A stretch of DNA of 64,000 nt from Selaginella moellendorffii (Eukaryota > Plantae > Lycopodiophyta). The stretch lies in contig NW_003314367.1 of assembly GCF_000143415.4 (NCBI RefSeq), forward strand, positions 416,230 through 480,229. Reading direction: 5' to 3'. Under the pieces are notes generated by a model. It ran no database searches. It had not been told where the DNA came from and was given only the letters and a program-made list of their open reading frames with translations. Of this stretch, positions 48,518 to 61,249 are shown one piece after another; position 1 is the stretch's first letter, and every line of letters starts with the position of its first letter. Both the position numbers and the translations under genes were made by a program.

Positions 48518-50048
48518 ATGTTTTGCCTTGCGCACGCTAGCGCCGCCACAGGGGAGCTTGTAAAAGGCAGCATGGATCGGTCGCTCAAGGCTGGCTCGGC
48601 CGAGTTTAGAGGCATCAAGGTGGAGGTGTGGCAGCAGCAGGGCGCGTGCTTGGAATGCAGCATAAACTCGGCCCTCGTGGACAAGGTGTTTGCGTCCATC
48701 CGGGTGGAGGAGAAAGGGATGGACAGTTTTGGCTTGTGGCCCGAGTTTAGGCCCCAGGGCCACGCCACAAAGCTGGTGTTCAAGTGGCTTCCCCTGGAAT
48801 CCCAGGCGCTCGCAAACGGGCACGTCTCGTCCTCTGAGCCAGCCAGGCCCGACGCCCCAACCGGCCCATCAGGGAAGAGGCACGAGGAGCTCAAGAACTT
48901 TCTGTGTGGGGGTTTTGCTGGGGTTGTGTCCCGGACGGCCGTGGCTCCGCTGGACCTTATCAAGGTAAGGTTTTAAACTCTCCACCTCTGGTTGCGTCGC
49001 ATCCTTCTCACGCCTGCTCCTTTTCCGTAGACACATCTCATCACTTCGCATGGCGTGCATGGCTACCACAAGAGTGCCACCGACATCTTCTGCGAGATCC
49101 GGGAGAGAGACGGCTGGCTGGGCCTTTTTCGAGGTAAGCACAAGCACACACGACCCTCCAGAGCTAACTCCCCTGCAGGAAACGGGGTCAACTGTATAAG
49201 GGTGGCGCCCTGCAAGGCCATTGAGCTTTGCACGTTTGAGGTTGTTAAAAAGATGTTGAGCAGCCAAGGCAACCCATTCTGCGGGGTGGCTGCTCCGGTT
49301 GCTGGCGGTGCTGCGGGGATGGCTGGCACCCTGGCCACGTACCCGCTGGAGCTGATCAGGACCCGCATTTCGCTGCAGGCATGGTCACCTTTTCTGTGCG
49401 GGTCTGCCCTTCTCTGTCAGTGGCTCACCCTCGTTTCGGATCCTCCTGCAGCCCCACAAGTACACCGGTGCACTCCAGTCTATCGTGACGGTGGTGAATG
49501 AGGAGGTAGCTACTTCCTTCGCTGCTGCTTTTGCTTGTGATCCAACTCGATTCTCTCGCTAGGGCTTTTCTGCTCTCTACGCCGGTCTTACGCCTAGCAT
49601 TCTTGGAGTGTTCCCCTATGCTGCCACAAACTACTTCGTCTACGACGGGCTCCGGAGTGCTTATCACCGTGCAACCGGAAAAAGGCACGTCCCGACGGGT
49701 TTAACACTTCTATTTGGTGCTGTTGCTGCTGCGGCTTCCAGCGCCGTTACTTACCCTCTGGAGGTAAAAAGATTTCTTTCTTCCCTGAGACCAAACGCTG
49801 TTTTGCCAAAGGTGGCGCGGAGACAAATGCAGCTGGGTTCTGTTGCACTTGTGGCGAGGAACAGTACGCTGGACGTTGTAAGGCAGATCTATGCCGACGA
49901 GGGGTTCCTTGCTTTATACAGAGGACTTGGGACCACCTGGCTGAAGCTGGTTCCAGCCGCTGGTATCTCCTTCGTCTGCTACGAGGCTGCACGGAGAGCA
50001 TGGGAGCTTGAGGAACAGCGGGTGATTCAACGTAGGCGGAGGAAGTAA
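48518..50048 (+). CDS. BT1: Mitochondrial-carrier family, Brittle1 (BT1)-like adenine nucleotide transporter, multi-exon
   Basis: AGVVSRTAVAPLDLIK|THL, GLFRGNGVNCIRVAP.KAIEL, TYPLELIRTR, PYAATNYFVYD, KLVPAAGISFVCYEA. Confidence 0.85.
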
Positions 50049-51074
50049 CGGTGGTAAATGCGGGAGGACGATACCCGGACGTTGAGAAGGTGACGAGGAT
50101 CACTGGGTGAGCGGTGAGTGCTTAGTAGCTAGTTGCATGTTCTTGGCTTGAAAGGGATATAAAATTCTTTTACCACTCCTGCCGGAATGTTACAGGTGGT
50201 GGCTGTGTGCAAATCCAAAGTCGCTTAACTGGCCAAATTGTTTTCAAAGTTCTTCGCATGTTTGTGAGTAGCATCATTTTCTAATCTGCTACCCTTTGTT
50301 AGGACAGAATACTTTTCTTCAACATTCCTGACATTGTCGTCCATTCATTTGTGCCAGGAACAAGAATGCGAAATCAGAGGAAGCACTTAAGCTTTTAATG
50401 CACCAAAAGAATGTCAATAGACTAGTTGTCTGTATCGCTCGGCAAATGTTGGGCACTAGACTTTGTACTGGATATACAGTGTTAAATGTCTGGTGTGTTT
50501 TGAACTTTGATTTTTAAACTATGTGGTAACAGTGGCAAATTTGCATTGCTTGCTTTTGGAGTAAGTTTTCTGGTTTTCCGTCTAATATCGGTGAAAGGAG
50601 GGGTTATCGGTGAAAGGAGGGGTTCAAGAACCGCACTTCAAGATGCTGTGATTTTTATCTACTTTTGTTGACAATATGCAAAAGGAGAAAACTAATGTAT
50701 GAATCATGAACCAAAAAACTCCACCTTGAAGATTTGTTTTTTAAAAAAGAACTATTTAATTGATCATAAAATATGAACTCTTTTATTAATATAAATAAAG
50801 TTCTTGACTACAAAGATTAACTCTATTACAATGATAAAAAAAATTAAAAGTTAATTAAATAACAGAGAAAAACAGGTAAATTAGAAGCTGAGTAAGATTA
50901 GAGTCACTTAATAAAAAACATCAATTCATTGGGATAGACAGAAGTACTAATGTGATAGGATATTAATGTCAAATTTACAAATAAATCTTTATATTTTGTA
51001 TATTTCACACTTGTTACTTGTAATATATTATTACTTCAAATATCTGGAAATTAAACAAAAGAAAGTTGCTCACT

Positions 51075-51240
51075 TTGTGCTTATTTCTTAAGCCTTTTGT
51101 TGGGAGTTCCACTCCTGCTCTTAACATTTCAAGTCGAGGCTTTTAGTCTAAATGTATTACACTCATTTGACTTTCGCTTTGGCCATTACCACATGGCACC
51201 CTTTCGGCTCCTCTTTGGGGTATAAGGATTTGTGTCTCAC
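51075..51240 (-). mobile_element. Fragment of type-A LTR
   Basis: TTGTTGGGAGTTCCACTCC...GGATTTGTGTCTCAC matches about 4500-4667. Confidence 0.8.
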
Positions 51241-51339
51241 ACCACGGCCCAACTTTATGACTCTCTCATAGGTCTTTTTTAAATATTACTTTCTTGAACT
51301 CACTATATTGACATAGCTCATTTCCCTTAGGTATCCTTC

Positions 51340-51936
51340 TGTAAGCTCTTGAATTTAGACTTTCCAGAAAGTCACCCAGCCCAGTACTATTCAAACCCAA
51401 AGACACTTAACCATAAGTATCCTAAGACCCTTAACCAATTAGAAAAGGGGGTGCACTTTTATTCATGGCCCTTTTCCCTTTATATTTAAACCCTTATGGA
51501 TCGTCTCTCGAATCGTTCCCTTTGGTTGTTTATAATCCACCACGCTTCTCTGCAAGTTCACGCCCTTGTGAACGGAAGCTAAAAGCTGCAACTCTCTCAA
51601 GAGCCTTGCTCTTTTGACACCCTACCCCTTGAGTCAAACTCAGCTAGAGCATACTAGACCCTTACCAAATGTCAATTAGCATGTGGTGTGATTCCCCTAG
51701 CCAATCAATAGAGTCGGACCCGAGACCCCTCTGATATCAAATGTAAACTCTTGAATTTAAACTTCTTGGGAAGTCACTCAACCCAGTACTATTCAAATCT
51801 AAGGACACTTAACCCTAAGTATCCAAAAACTTTTAACCGATTAGAAAAGGGGGTGCATTCTTGTTCATGGGCCCTTTCCCTCTATATTTGAACCCCTATG
51901 AATTGTCTTTTGAGTCGTTCCCTTTGGTTGTTTACA
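51340..51936 (-). mobile_element. Cassandra-like TRIM with 5S rRNA-derived LTR cores
   Basis: Two 195-bp LTRs (51340-51534 and 51742-51936), 207-bp internal region, PBS TGATATCAGAG, PPT-like GTGGTGGAT, imperfect TSD CCTTC/CTTTC. Each LTR carries a 5S A-box/IE/C-box-like segment. Confidence 0.85.
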
Positions 51937-52479
51937 CTTTCTCACTCGGTCACCTCAACCAAATCACACAATTACCAATAATTCAAATTAACATTTTGAA
52001 CCAAGAACTTTGTTCCTTAATCTAGTAAGGACCTTGTCCTTGTTTATCCATAAAATCACCTAATGATCTCACCTTGATACCTTAGTAGATCAATAGGTAC
52101 TAGGTCTTTCAAACTTTTAAGTTGTTAATTATGACTCTGGGGGCATCACCCACACTTGGTGGTGCGCCTAAGCTAACCCTTCCAACCAAGGGTCCATAAC
52201 AATTGAGATTGGGTGTCCCTATCTTACCCATCATGTCTTTAATGCCATATGCAATAAAGTGGTCAAGTTAGATATATCGAGCTTTCACACTAAACATTTT
52301 AATCGTGCATCAGGACTTCGAGAAATCCCTTGCTTGGCAGTGTGCCCAAGTTAGTCTCCTTACTGAGAGTCTATGACCACTGAAAAAATGAATGTTCTCA
52401 TATTCCAAACCATCACCACACCCTAATGAGTTTGGGACTCGAACTCAAGCATTAAAGAGTTAGGATTCGAACCCAGCCT

Positions 52480-52850
52480 CTGTTTGAAGTTGTTTGAAGT
52501 CAAGGAAGCACAAGAAGGTCTCCTGACTAGCACGGAGAAGGCCCAAGGGGAGATCCCAAGCTCTAGAATAAATGGATCAAACAAGGAGTTGAAGCAAATT
52601 AGAAGGTGGACAACACACTTGTGTTTTGGAAATTACCGGTACATAAGAAAGTTAAGGCCACCTCTTGGTTGGTGGCAAATAACGGGCTGCAAATAGGACA
52701 GTAGTTTTAGGAGGAAGCATGCCGACAATGTAAGGAATGTGGCGAGCTAGAGACAACACGACACGCATTATGGGAATGTGACGTGGCAAGAGAGGTATGG
52801 CTACAAATCTTCAAAGCAACATAGGAATTAAGAGACATTCCAGAGTTTGA
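52480..52850 (+). mobile_element. LINE (L1-type) ORF2 zf-RVT remnant
   Basis: KVKATSWLVANNGL...CKECGELETTRHALWECDVAREVW with interrupting stops. Confidence 0.7.
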
Positions 52851-53566
52851 GGCTCAAAGCGGGGATATCCTCCACTTGTTTGAGAGAGCTAGAGGTCCAG
52901 CCATTGGTCCCACTTGGAGGCATATTCACTATCACGGATGACATAGATGGAACATGTGAATCTGGTGGGATGCAACAGAGGCTAAAGTTGGGATGTCAAT
53001 CTGGGAGGCAATAGGCCATAAGTATTGGTCCGTCTAAAGAGGGACAAAAGTGCAAGCATTTTGGGAGGCATAGAACCATTGTCACTTCGATGGGCAACAA
53101 GTGAGGATATCGGCAGTGGTGGCATCATAATGGAGTCTCACTCTTGTAGTAGTGCATCTTCATTATGCCATCCTGAAAGAGCAGGTGAAACCAAGACAGC
53201 TAGAGGAGTGGAGGTTCAGGTGGCTCCCATGCTTCAGTAGAATGGTAGGCGGTGAGATTTGCTAGCAGTGGCACCCCTTGGACTTTGTTCTATATTCAAC
53301 TCGAGGAGGAGACTTGGACATCGACATGATACGAATGAGACAACCACGTCCACTTCTACTTTAGCACTAGGTCCAACTGTGACATAAAAGGATCACATAG
53401 AGTAGCTCATTGAGAGGGTGGCACACCCAATTTTTGTATTAGTCTCATTGGGATATAGGGATTGTACATATATGTTTATTGAACCCAACCTCCATAAATG
53501 CATCTACGAACGGCATCACCCAGAATGTCTGGCATAACTCCCTATACCAATGCACCAAGTTATACC

Positions 53567-55622
53567 TGTCAAGACCCCCAACAAGATCAAGACTGGAAAA
53601 TGCAAAAGACAAAGAGAAAAACTAGTGGAAACAAAGAAAAGGCCTTAGACTGGCGTTGATTCAGATTGTGGAGAAATGGAACAAGGCTAACCTATATATA
53701 CTATAGGTCAATGAAGCTCCACCACTCTCGGATCGAGGACGGCCTAAATATAGCTGAGGTCGAGAAGGCGCCACATCAATATCAAGAATGTGGCTCAAGA
53801 CTCAGGAATCGTACAGGAAATCAGAGAGTCAGGAATAGGGAAGTGTCTCGAGAGTCAGGAATAGGGAAGTGTCTCGAGAATCAGGAATGTGGTCTGCAGG
53901 TCAGGAATCCGGCGAGAGTCAGGAATGTGGCAAGAATTGGGGGATTCCTGACAGCACCCCCTCCTCAAGAACGAGTGGAACGAGGATGTGAATGAGAACG
54001 ACGAGGAGGATGAGATGAGCGGCGAGGGATGGGAGATGGAGAAAAAGAATGAGGACTGGGACGAGAAGGATAGCGGTGGTGGAAGTCCTAAACAAGTTTT
54101 GGAGAATGAATCAAGTTGTCCACAGGTTCCCAATTGCGTTCTTCAGGTCCGTAACCCTTCCAGTCCACCAGATAGTAGAGTTTAGACCGTGAAATCTTGG
54201 AATCAAGGATGTCCTGAACCTCGTACTCAGACCCATCCTCGAGTTGCACTGGTGGAGGTGGAGGAATGACCCGATTGGGAATAGGACTGGGAATATAAGG
54301 CTCAAGGAGAGAGGAGTGAAAAACGGGGTGAATTTGATATGAGGAGGGAAGTGCAAGGCGATAAGTGACAGGATTAATGATGGCAGTGATAGGGAAAGGA
54401 CCGAGGCATTTGAAATCAAGTTTTGGACAGGGCCTGGTGGTGGAGATATTTTGCCTGAGGAGCCAGACTTTATCCCCGATATTGTAAGGGGGACAATCTT
54501 GACGATGGACATTGGCAAATGTTTTGTGAGATTCTTGAGCACGATGGAGGTGGAAGGAGATGGAGTTGTGGATTTCCTGGAGGTTGGAGACAAATGCCTC
54601 AGAGCAGGGATTTGAACAAGAGGATTCGGATGGAGAAGGAAGTGAGAGATTGAATTGGGGATTTTGGCCAGAGTTTGCAAAGAAGGGGGAAATTCGAAGA
54701 GAGGAGTGAACAGAGTTGTTATAGGAGAACTCAGCAAGGGGAAGAATATCGAACCAGTTATCCTGATGATAGTTGATGAAGCACTTCAAGAATTGTTCCA
54801 ACGTTTGAATCGTTCGCTCAGATTGCCTATCAATTTGAGGATGATACGCCGAAGAGAGGTTGGCCTTCACTCCAAGCAGCTGCAAAACTGTTGTTAAAAA
54901 TGAGAGATGAACTGAGGCCCCCGATCCGAAACCACATTTGTAGGAATCCCATGAAGTCGGAAAATTTCCTTGAATACCAGTTTTGCCATGTCCTTGCCCG
55001 AAAACTCCTTGGTACATGGCAAGAAGTGCGCCATCTTTGTGAAGCGATCCACCACAACTAAAATGCTGTTGAAGCCTCCAGAACTCGGAAGATCACTCAA
55101 GAAATCCATGGAGATGGATTCCCAAGGACCTGAAGGGACCGGAAGGGAACGAAGCAAACCTGAAGGAAGGTGGCAAGGTACTTTATTCCGGGCGCAAGTG
55201 TCATAGGAGGTAACAAAAGCTTTGTTGTAGTCATCCATGTGAGGCCACCAAAAATCCCGTGCAACTAGCTCATAGGTTTTCGCAATGCTGAAGTGACCAG
55301 CAGTCGGGCTATCGTGGCACGCCATCAGGACCAACCTTCGAGCATCACCTTCAGGAACATAAAGCTGCTCCCCACAGTATAATAAGCCATCTAAAAACTC
55401 GAACTCGTCAAATCGCTGGCAGTCGGGAGTCACTGGGTGTCCAGCCTGAAGATAGGGGAAAATGTCATTGGCGAGATCATCAGATTGAAGATCGTTTCTG
55501 ATTGCATCCATCAAGGAGGAGTCCTGAGGGGCCAGGGAAATTGCCATAACTTGAAGCCGATCAGGACCGAGGATAACTTGATCCTGTTGATTGAAGGCAG
55601 GATTACTAGGCCTGAGATTCAT
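53567..55622 (-). mobile_element. 3' part of a Ty3/gypsy chromovirus: integrase, chromodomain, PPT and 3' LTR (53567-53953)
   Basis: HDSPTAGH, WESISMDF, VVVDRFTKMAHF, SDRG, YHPQ, chromodomain EYEVQDILD...YLVDWKGYG...NWEP. GAGGAGGGGGT precedes an LTR with TGTCA...TGACA ends. Frameshifted. Confidence 0.92.
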
Positions 55623-55624
55623 TT

Positions 55625-56725
55625 GTGATCATCGCTCTTTATGTTGATGATACTCTTGTCATCCAGGTTAAGCGAGATCTGTGCAGCCAATTTGAGATGA
55701 AAACTCTTGGCTCGGCTTCCTACTTTCTTGGCATGGAACTTGTGCGTGATCGCTCTCAACGCACTATCTATCTTCACCAAGCCAAGTATATAGAAGATAT
55801 GCTGGCCAGGTTTTCTATGACGAGCTCTAATCCAGTAGCGACACCAATGGAACTAGGCTGCCAGCTTTCACGAGCCATGTCTCCTGAGACAGAGGACGAC
55901 AAGAGAGCCATGGACTCCATCCCTTACAGACAAGCTGTTGGCAGTCTCATGTATCCAGCTGTTTGTACGCGCCCAGATATTTCTTTTGCCGTGAGCAAAG
56001 TTAGCCAATTCCTGGCTAATCCTAGATCTCAACATTGGGCAGCGGTGAAACGCATCTTCAGGTACCTTCGAGGTACTACTTACCTTGGATTGTGCTACCA
56101 GGGAAAAGCGCTTACCCTCACGGGCTACTGTGATGCTGATTTTGGGGGAGACTGTGACACATGCAAGTCCACCTCTGGCTATTCGTTTTCTCTGGGCAGT
56201 GCGACAGTCTCATGGTGCAGCAGGAAGCAAAGTACAGTGGCAACCTCTAGTACTGAAGCAGAATATTTGGCAGCCTCACAAGCTACCAAAGAAGGTGTGT
56301 GGTTACGCTCACTACTTTCTAACCTTGGTGTGAGTGTGAAGACTCCCACTCGCCTCTTCTGCGACAATCAAAGCTGCATTGCGTTAGCGGCCAATCCTCA
56401 CTTTCATTCACACACCAAACACTTTGGGATTCATCATCATTTCGTTCGTGAGAAAGTGGAAGATGGCACAATTGAGCTGACAAAAGCACTACCCGAGATC
56501 GATTTCAAGTCCATCGCGAAGGGCTGAGACTTTCTCCACTGATGAGCATCACTCGTGATGGCCACAGTGCAAGTGGGAGTGTTGAGAGTGGCCCTGTGCC
56601 ACGTGGCTAGTCCACGTGGAGAGACACGAGTCTTCACAAGTTCACATATGTACATTTTCCATTCCATATATGCTATGATGGATCTTGAGCACCATCACAC
56701 GGTTTCACCTTTCGTTAGACATTCA
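55625..56725 (+). mobile_element. Ty1/copia RT-RNase H fragment with probable PPT and start of LTR
   Basis: LYVDD, PYRQAVGSLMY, TRPDI, GYCDAD, WCSRKQ, SSTEAEY, CDNQ, TKH...HHFVRE; AGTGGGAGTGT-TG at about 56572. Confidence 0.92.
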
Positions 56726-58673
56726 AGGTGGTCAGTAGAATGTACACTGTATCACCGCATGACTCTGAACGTTTCTACCTACGTATGATCTTGCTCTACA
56801 AAAAAGGTGCTACAAGTTTTAGTGATTTAAAGGTATTAAACGGTATTGTATATGACACATACTGTTCTACTGCACAAGAAATGGGACTTCTACAGGATGA
56901 TTGTGAGTGGGAGAAATGTTTAGAAGAATCGTTGACATTTTAGATGCCTGCAAAAGTAAGGTATATATTCAGTGTCATGTGTTTATTTTGCAAGCTCATT
57001 GATCCCAAAAAACTATGGGTTAAATTCAAGGAAGGCATGTGTGAAGACTTGGTCCAAAATCACAACTATGAAGCAGCAATGCAACATGGATTGCATGAAA
57101 TGTCAATATTACTCCAGGAACATTGCAAGAAACTGTCCGACTATGAGTTACCAGATTCAGAGTTTATAGGAGATAATGAAACCACAACTGAAATAAGTTG
57201 TATGCCATGCACACCTGACAAAGCTGAATTACTAAAAACCAGATTGAACATGGAACAGCTTCACATATTTAACAACGTCTTAAATGCAATACAAAACAAA
57301 AAAGAAACAAGCAGATTATTCTTTGTTGATGGTGTGGGAGGCACAGGGAAATCATACCTTTTTAACACGCTGATAAAATATGTCACTGCTTATGGCATGA
57401 AAGTCTTAGCAGTCACATGGACAGGAATAGCGAGTACTCTTCTTGTAGGAGGCCGAACGGCTCATTCAACATTTAAGCTTTCCAGTACTAATCACAGAAA
57501 CATGCACCTCGGACCTACGAGAGAATTTAGCACCTGCCGAGGTCATAAGAAGAGCTGACCTGCTCATATGGGACGAAATAAGCATGGTACCTGTTCACGC
57601 TTTTAAAGCTGTCGAGAGGGTCTTGCGTGACATAAAAAACTGTGATACAGAATTCGGTGGCATCACATTAGTAACAGGAGGAGATTTCAGACAGACATTA
57701 TCTGTTCTAAAAAGAGCCTGTTGCACACAAATTATCCAAAACAGCGTGAAATCCTCACCAATATGGTGGAAACTTGTAAAGTTTTCATTACATACAAACA
57801 TGAGGGTGAACTCTGAAGAAAAGGAATGGTCTAGATGCCTTGTGAAGCTCAGAAATAGTAACCTACCTAGCCTCCAACCAAGATGTTATAAAATTACCTC
57901 TAACATTGACATCCAGAGAACAAATGATAGATAATGTGTTTGGAAAGCATATACAACCAAATGACCCAAACCTATTGCAGAAAGCTATTCTCACGACTTT
58001 AAATGATCTCTCTCTACAAATGAACGACCAAGTTCTTTCGAGAATGACCGGTGGAACAATAACATACAGAAGCATTGACATTGTAGAAACAGATTCGGAA
58101 GAAGAAATGTTGGACTATCCTGTAGAATTCTTAAACTCAGTAACACCATCTGGAATGCCTCCACACAAGCTACAGATAAAAATTGGATGTATTGTAATGT
58201 TGTTACACAAAATTGACACTAAAAAAGGCCTCTGTAATGGCACTAAACTAATTATAACCAAGGCACTACCAAATGTTATAGAAGCTGAAATTCTACATAA
58301 TGGTATGCAAGGAAAAAAAGTCCTCCTACCAAGAATCTCTTTAAAACCAATGGAGACATGCCATTTATCCTCAAACAACGGCAATTCCCAATAAGGCTTG
58401 CGTTCTTCATAACAATTTGCAAATCTCAGGGAAAAACATGGGTATCTACTTGCCAAGACTTGTTTTTGGCCATGATCAACTTTATGTTGCACTTTCAAGG
58501 GGAACATCAAAGAAACAAATTACAATGTCTATTGAACAGTGTGAAGGACAAGGTGTGCTCCAGAACCATAATGTCTATATGAAAAACATTGTTTACTAAG
58601 AAATTCTCTAGGATTCATGTCACCTATGTAACAGATGTCCTATCTATCCCAGCAAAGCTGGATTCCCTGCTAG
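56726..58673 (+). mobile_element. Helitron 3' half: degenerate Rep-PIF1 helicase and 3' terminus
   Basis: ERFYLRMILL...GATSF, FFVDGVGGTGKS, GRTAHS, GGDFRQ, PSGMPPHKL, LCNGT, RQFPI, QLYVALSR; hairpin CCAGCAAAGCTGG followed by CTAG at 58670-58673. Confidence 0.92.
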
Positions 58674-58730
58674 TCATCCAATATATTTAAACGAAAGAGC
58701 CTCATTGATCATTGCAGTAGTATTTTAATC

Positions 58731-58766
<36 letters not shown>

Positions 58767-61210
58767 TATATACATATATACATGAAGTTTCAAACCAAAT
58801 AATAAAAAAATGCAGCTTATTAACAATGAAATATTTTAGATACTGCTTAAGCAACGAAAATAAAAATCAAAAAACAAAAACAAATTCTAAATGCAATGAG
58901 CAACTAATGGGTGGTCTTGATAAATTATTAAAAGAGATAAATCCCTGTGCTAATGCATTCACAATATTGTAAGAAATAGAGAATGAAGTGTTAAATTCAA
59001 CAAATATTCAAGGAGGCGTAAGTGATATTGTAATACATATAAAAGACAATTAGATAACTGATCTACACTAGGTTCAAATGATTTTAAACATTTAGTTGTA
59101 CAAAGATGGTATTCATTGATGAATTTTATTATTATATCTACTATATATGATATTTTTAAAACAAAAAATACTTTTAATATGTTTAAAAATGTAGTATCGA
59201 ATCAATCAAATACTCTTTCTTCTATAGAACAAAAAATCTATAGAAAAAAAAGTATCTTATTAATTCAATACTATATTATTAAAATTAAAGATATTTTTTT
59301 TACAAAGATGGTAAATAGTACACACAATAAAAGATATACTATAAAGTTAGAAGTAAATAAAGTGGTGACTATAGAAATGATATATTTTATAACTTAAAAT
59401 AGAAGAGTTGAATAGCTCCAGCTATTATATCTTGTAAATAAGTTATACTTTTATCATAATCTTAAGATTTATAACTTTATGATATTGCAAAAATATGAGA
59501 CTATATCTGAGCTAATAAAAAACTCAATATGAGTAGATTTATTGATGAATATGTAATAAGTCTGTTATTTACACTTATAATTTGTGCATTGATACATGGA
59601 AAACAGATAAATAAAATATCATTGAGACAACATTATACACAATAAAAAAGGCTACCAGCTAAAAAAATGTAATTCATCATTATTTAAAATTTTATTATTA
59701 ATAAGCAATCTATGGACCATTTTTTCATATTCTGATATGTTATAGTTTTAGGAAAAAACAATATTAAGAATCATATATACCATAATATCAGGATAAAAAC
59801 TTACCTTTCATTGAAAGATTTTATCCTCAATGTAAATTTATATAAAAATAAATTAAACACAAAGGTAATAATCTTAATTAATTCTAGCATTCTCCCTATA
59901 TAAAAACATATACAGAAAGAACCTTAATGATATAAAATATAATACCTTAGCTTCTAGATAGTACTTCTAAAAAGTATAAATGTAAATGTTATGAAGGGAG
60001 AGAATATCTACAAATATGGAAAAAAAATCTAAAAAAAATATAATTTAGTTTTAGGGAATTATTTTAATTAAGTTTTAAAAATACTAAATTTAAATTTAAT
60101 TTTATATAATATCATAATTTTTCTACCAGTATATCCTAAATTGCATTTATACATGAAAAACATAATAAGGTATAAATATGATTGAGACATTGTTAGTACA
60201 TGGACCATAGAAAGAAATTTAATTATATTGTATTAAACCTATCTATATACCATTCATGAATTTTCTGATATATTATAGTTCTAGCATAAAGAAAAGGTTA
60301 TATATCATCAAACCCTACTCTACCCCAGTATAGAGTAAAACATTACCATTCATTTATCATCATAAATTTCAGCATTCATAACAGTGTTTTAAAGCCTTAA
60401 TTTTAAATATAAATACATAAATATAGAGAGATAATTATCTTATTTCAGATTTACAAAAATAAATACAGAAATAATGTTTATGATATATAATAGAATACTT
60501 TCTATTTTAAATATTACTCTAAAAATGCAAGAACATAAATATTAGGTAAAAAGGCAATATCAATGATAAATATGAAAAATATTAAAAGTTTTTAAAAGAA
60601 AATATAACTCATAAATCTAATATCTTTCACTTATTAACATGCATTTCCAAAACTTTCAGTCTGAAATGATGAAAAGAGAAACTCCATAACAATTTTTATA
60701 TTTTGTAAATTTAAAATATGTATGCACTTTAAGAGAGTTTTTAAATATGTATTAAATATACTTTTAACATCATTATATTTGAGTGTACTTAAGTAACCCA
60801 TACTTTTTTAAGAGGAAAAATTATAGAGTTTAATAAATCATCAAATAATAATATTTTTATCAATTATATAGAGATTTCAAATAAAATAAAAAATTAGTTA
60901 TTAAACAAATGACTCATCTGGCCATGGGATCCCACAGCAAGAAATCCCATTTATAGAATATCCAAAACTTCACTCAACAATCAGAATTTTAAATATGATA
61001 TAATGAGTTATATTTATTATGTTTTGATGTGTGTTGGTGATAGAATTAATTGTAGCAGAGATTTTTAATATAAATTCTATGTTATGTTTAACTATATATC
61101 TTATAATTATGATTATGTTAAAAATTACAATTACAGTTACAACTCTTTGAAATTGTTAAAATATCAGAAATAAACACAATGCTCCCAGCGTAGCTGGGAC
61201 TTTTGTTATA
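58674..61210 (+). mobile_element. Second, internally deleted AT-rich Helitron unit
   Basis: Begins TC directly after CTAG; degenerate Rep N-terminal peptide LDKLLKEINPCANAF at about 58915; related hairpin CCCAGCGTAGCTGGG at about 61184. Confidence 0.6.
58730..58780. repeat. (TA)n/(CA)n microsatellite
   Basis: Directly visible. Confidence 0.9.
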
Positions 61211-61249
61211 CTCCCTTATTTAAAAGTGTTATTGGCATATGCATCTGGT

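Noticed and set aside
51358-51412. A true 5S rRNA gene
   Set aside because: Only a ~55-nt internal promoter segment, duplicated within LTRs; the 5S 5' part and T-run terminator are not evident.
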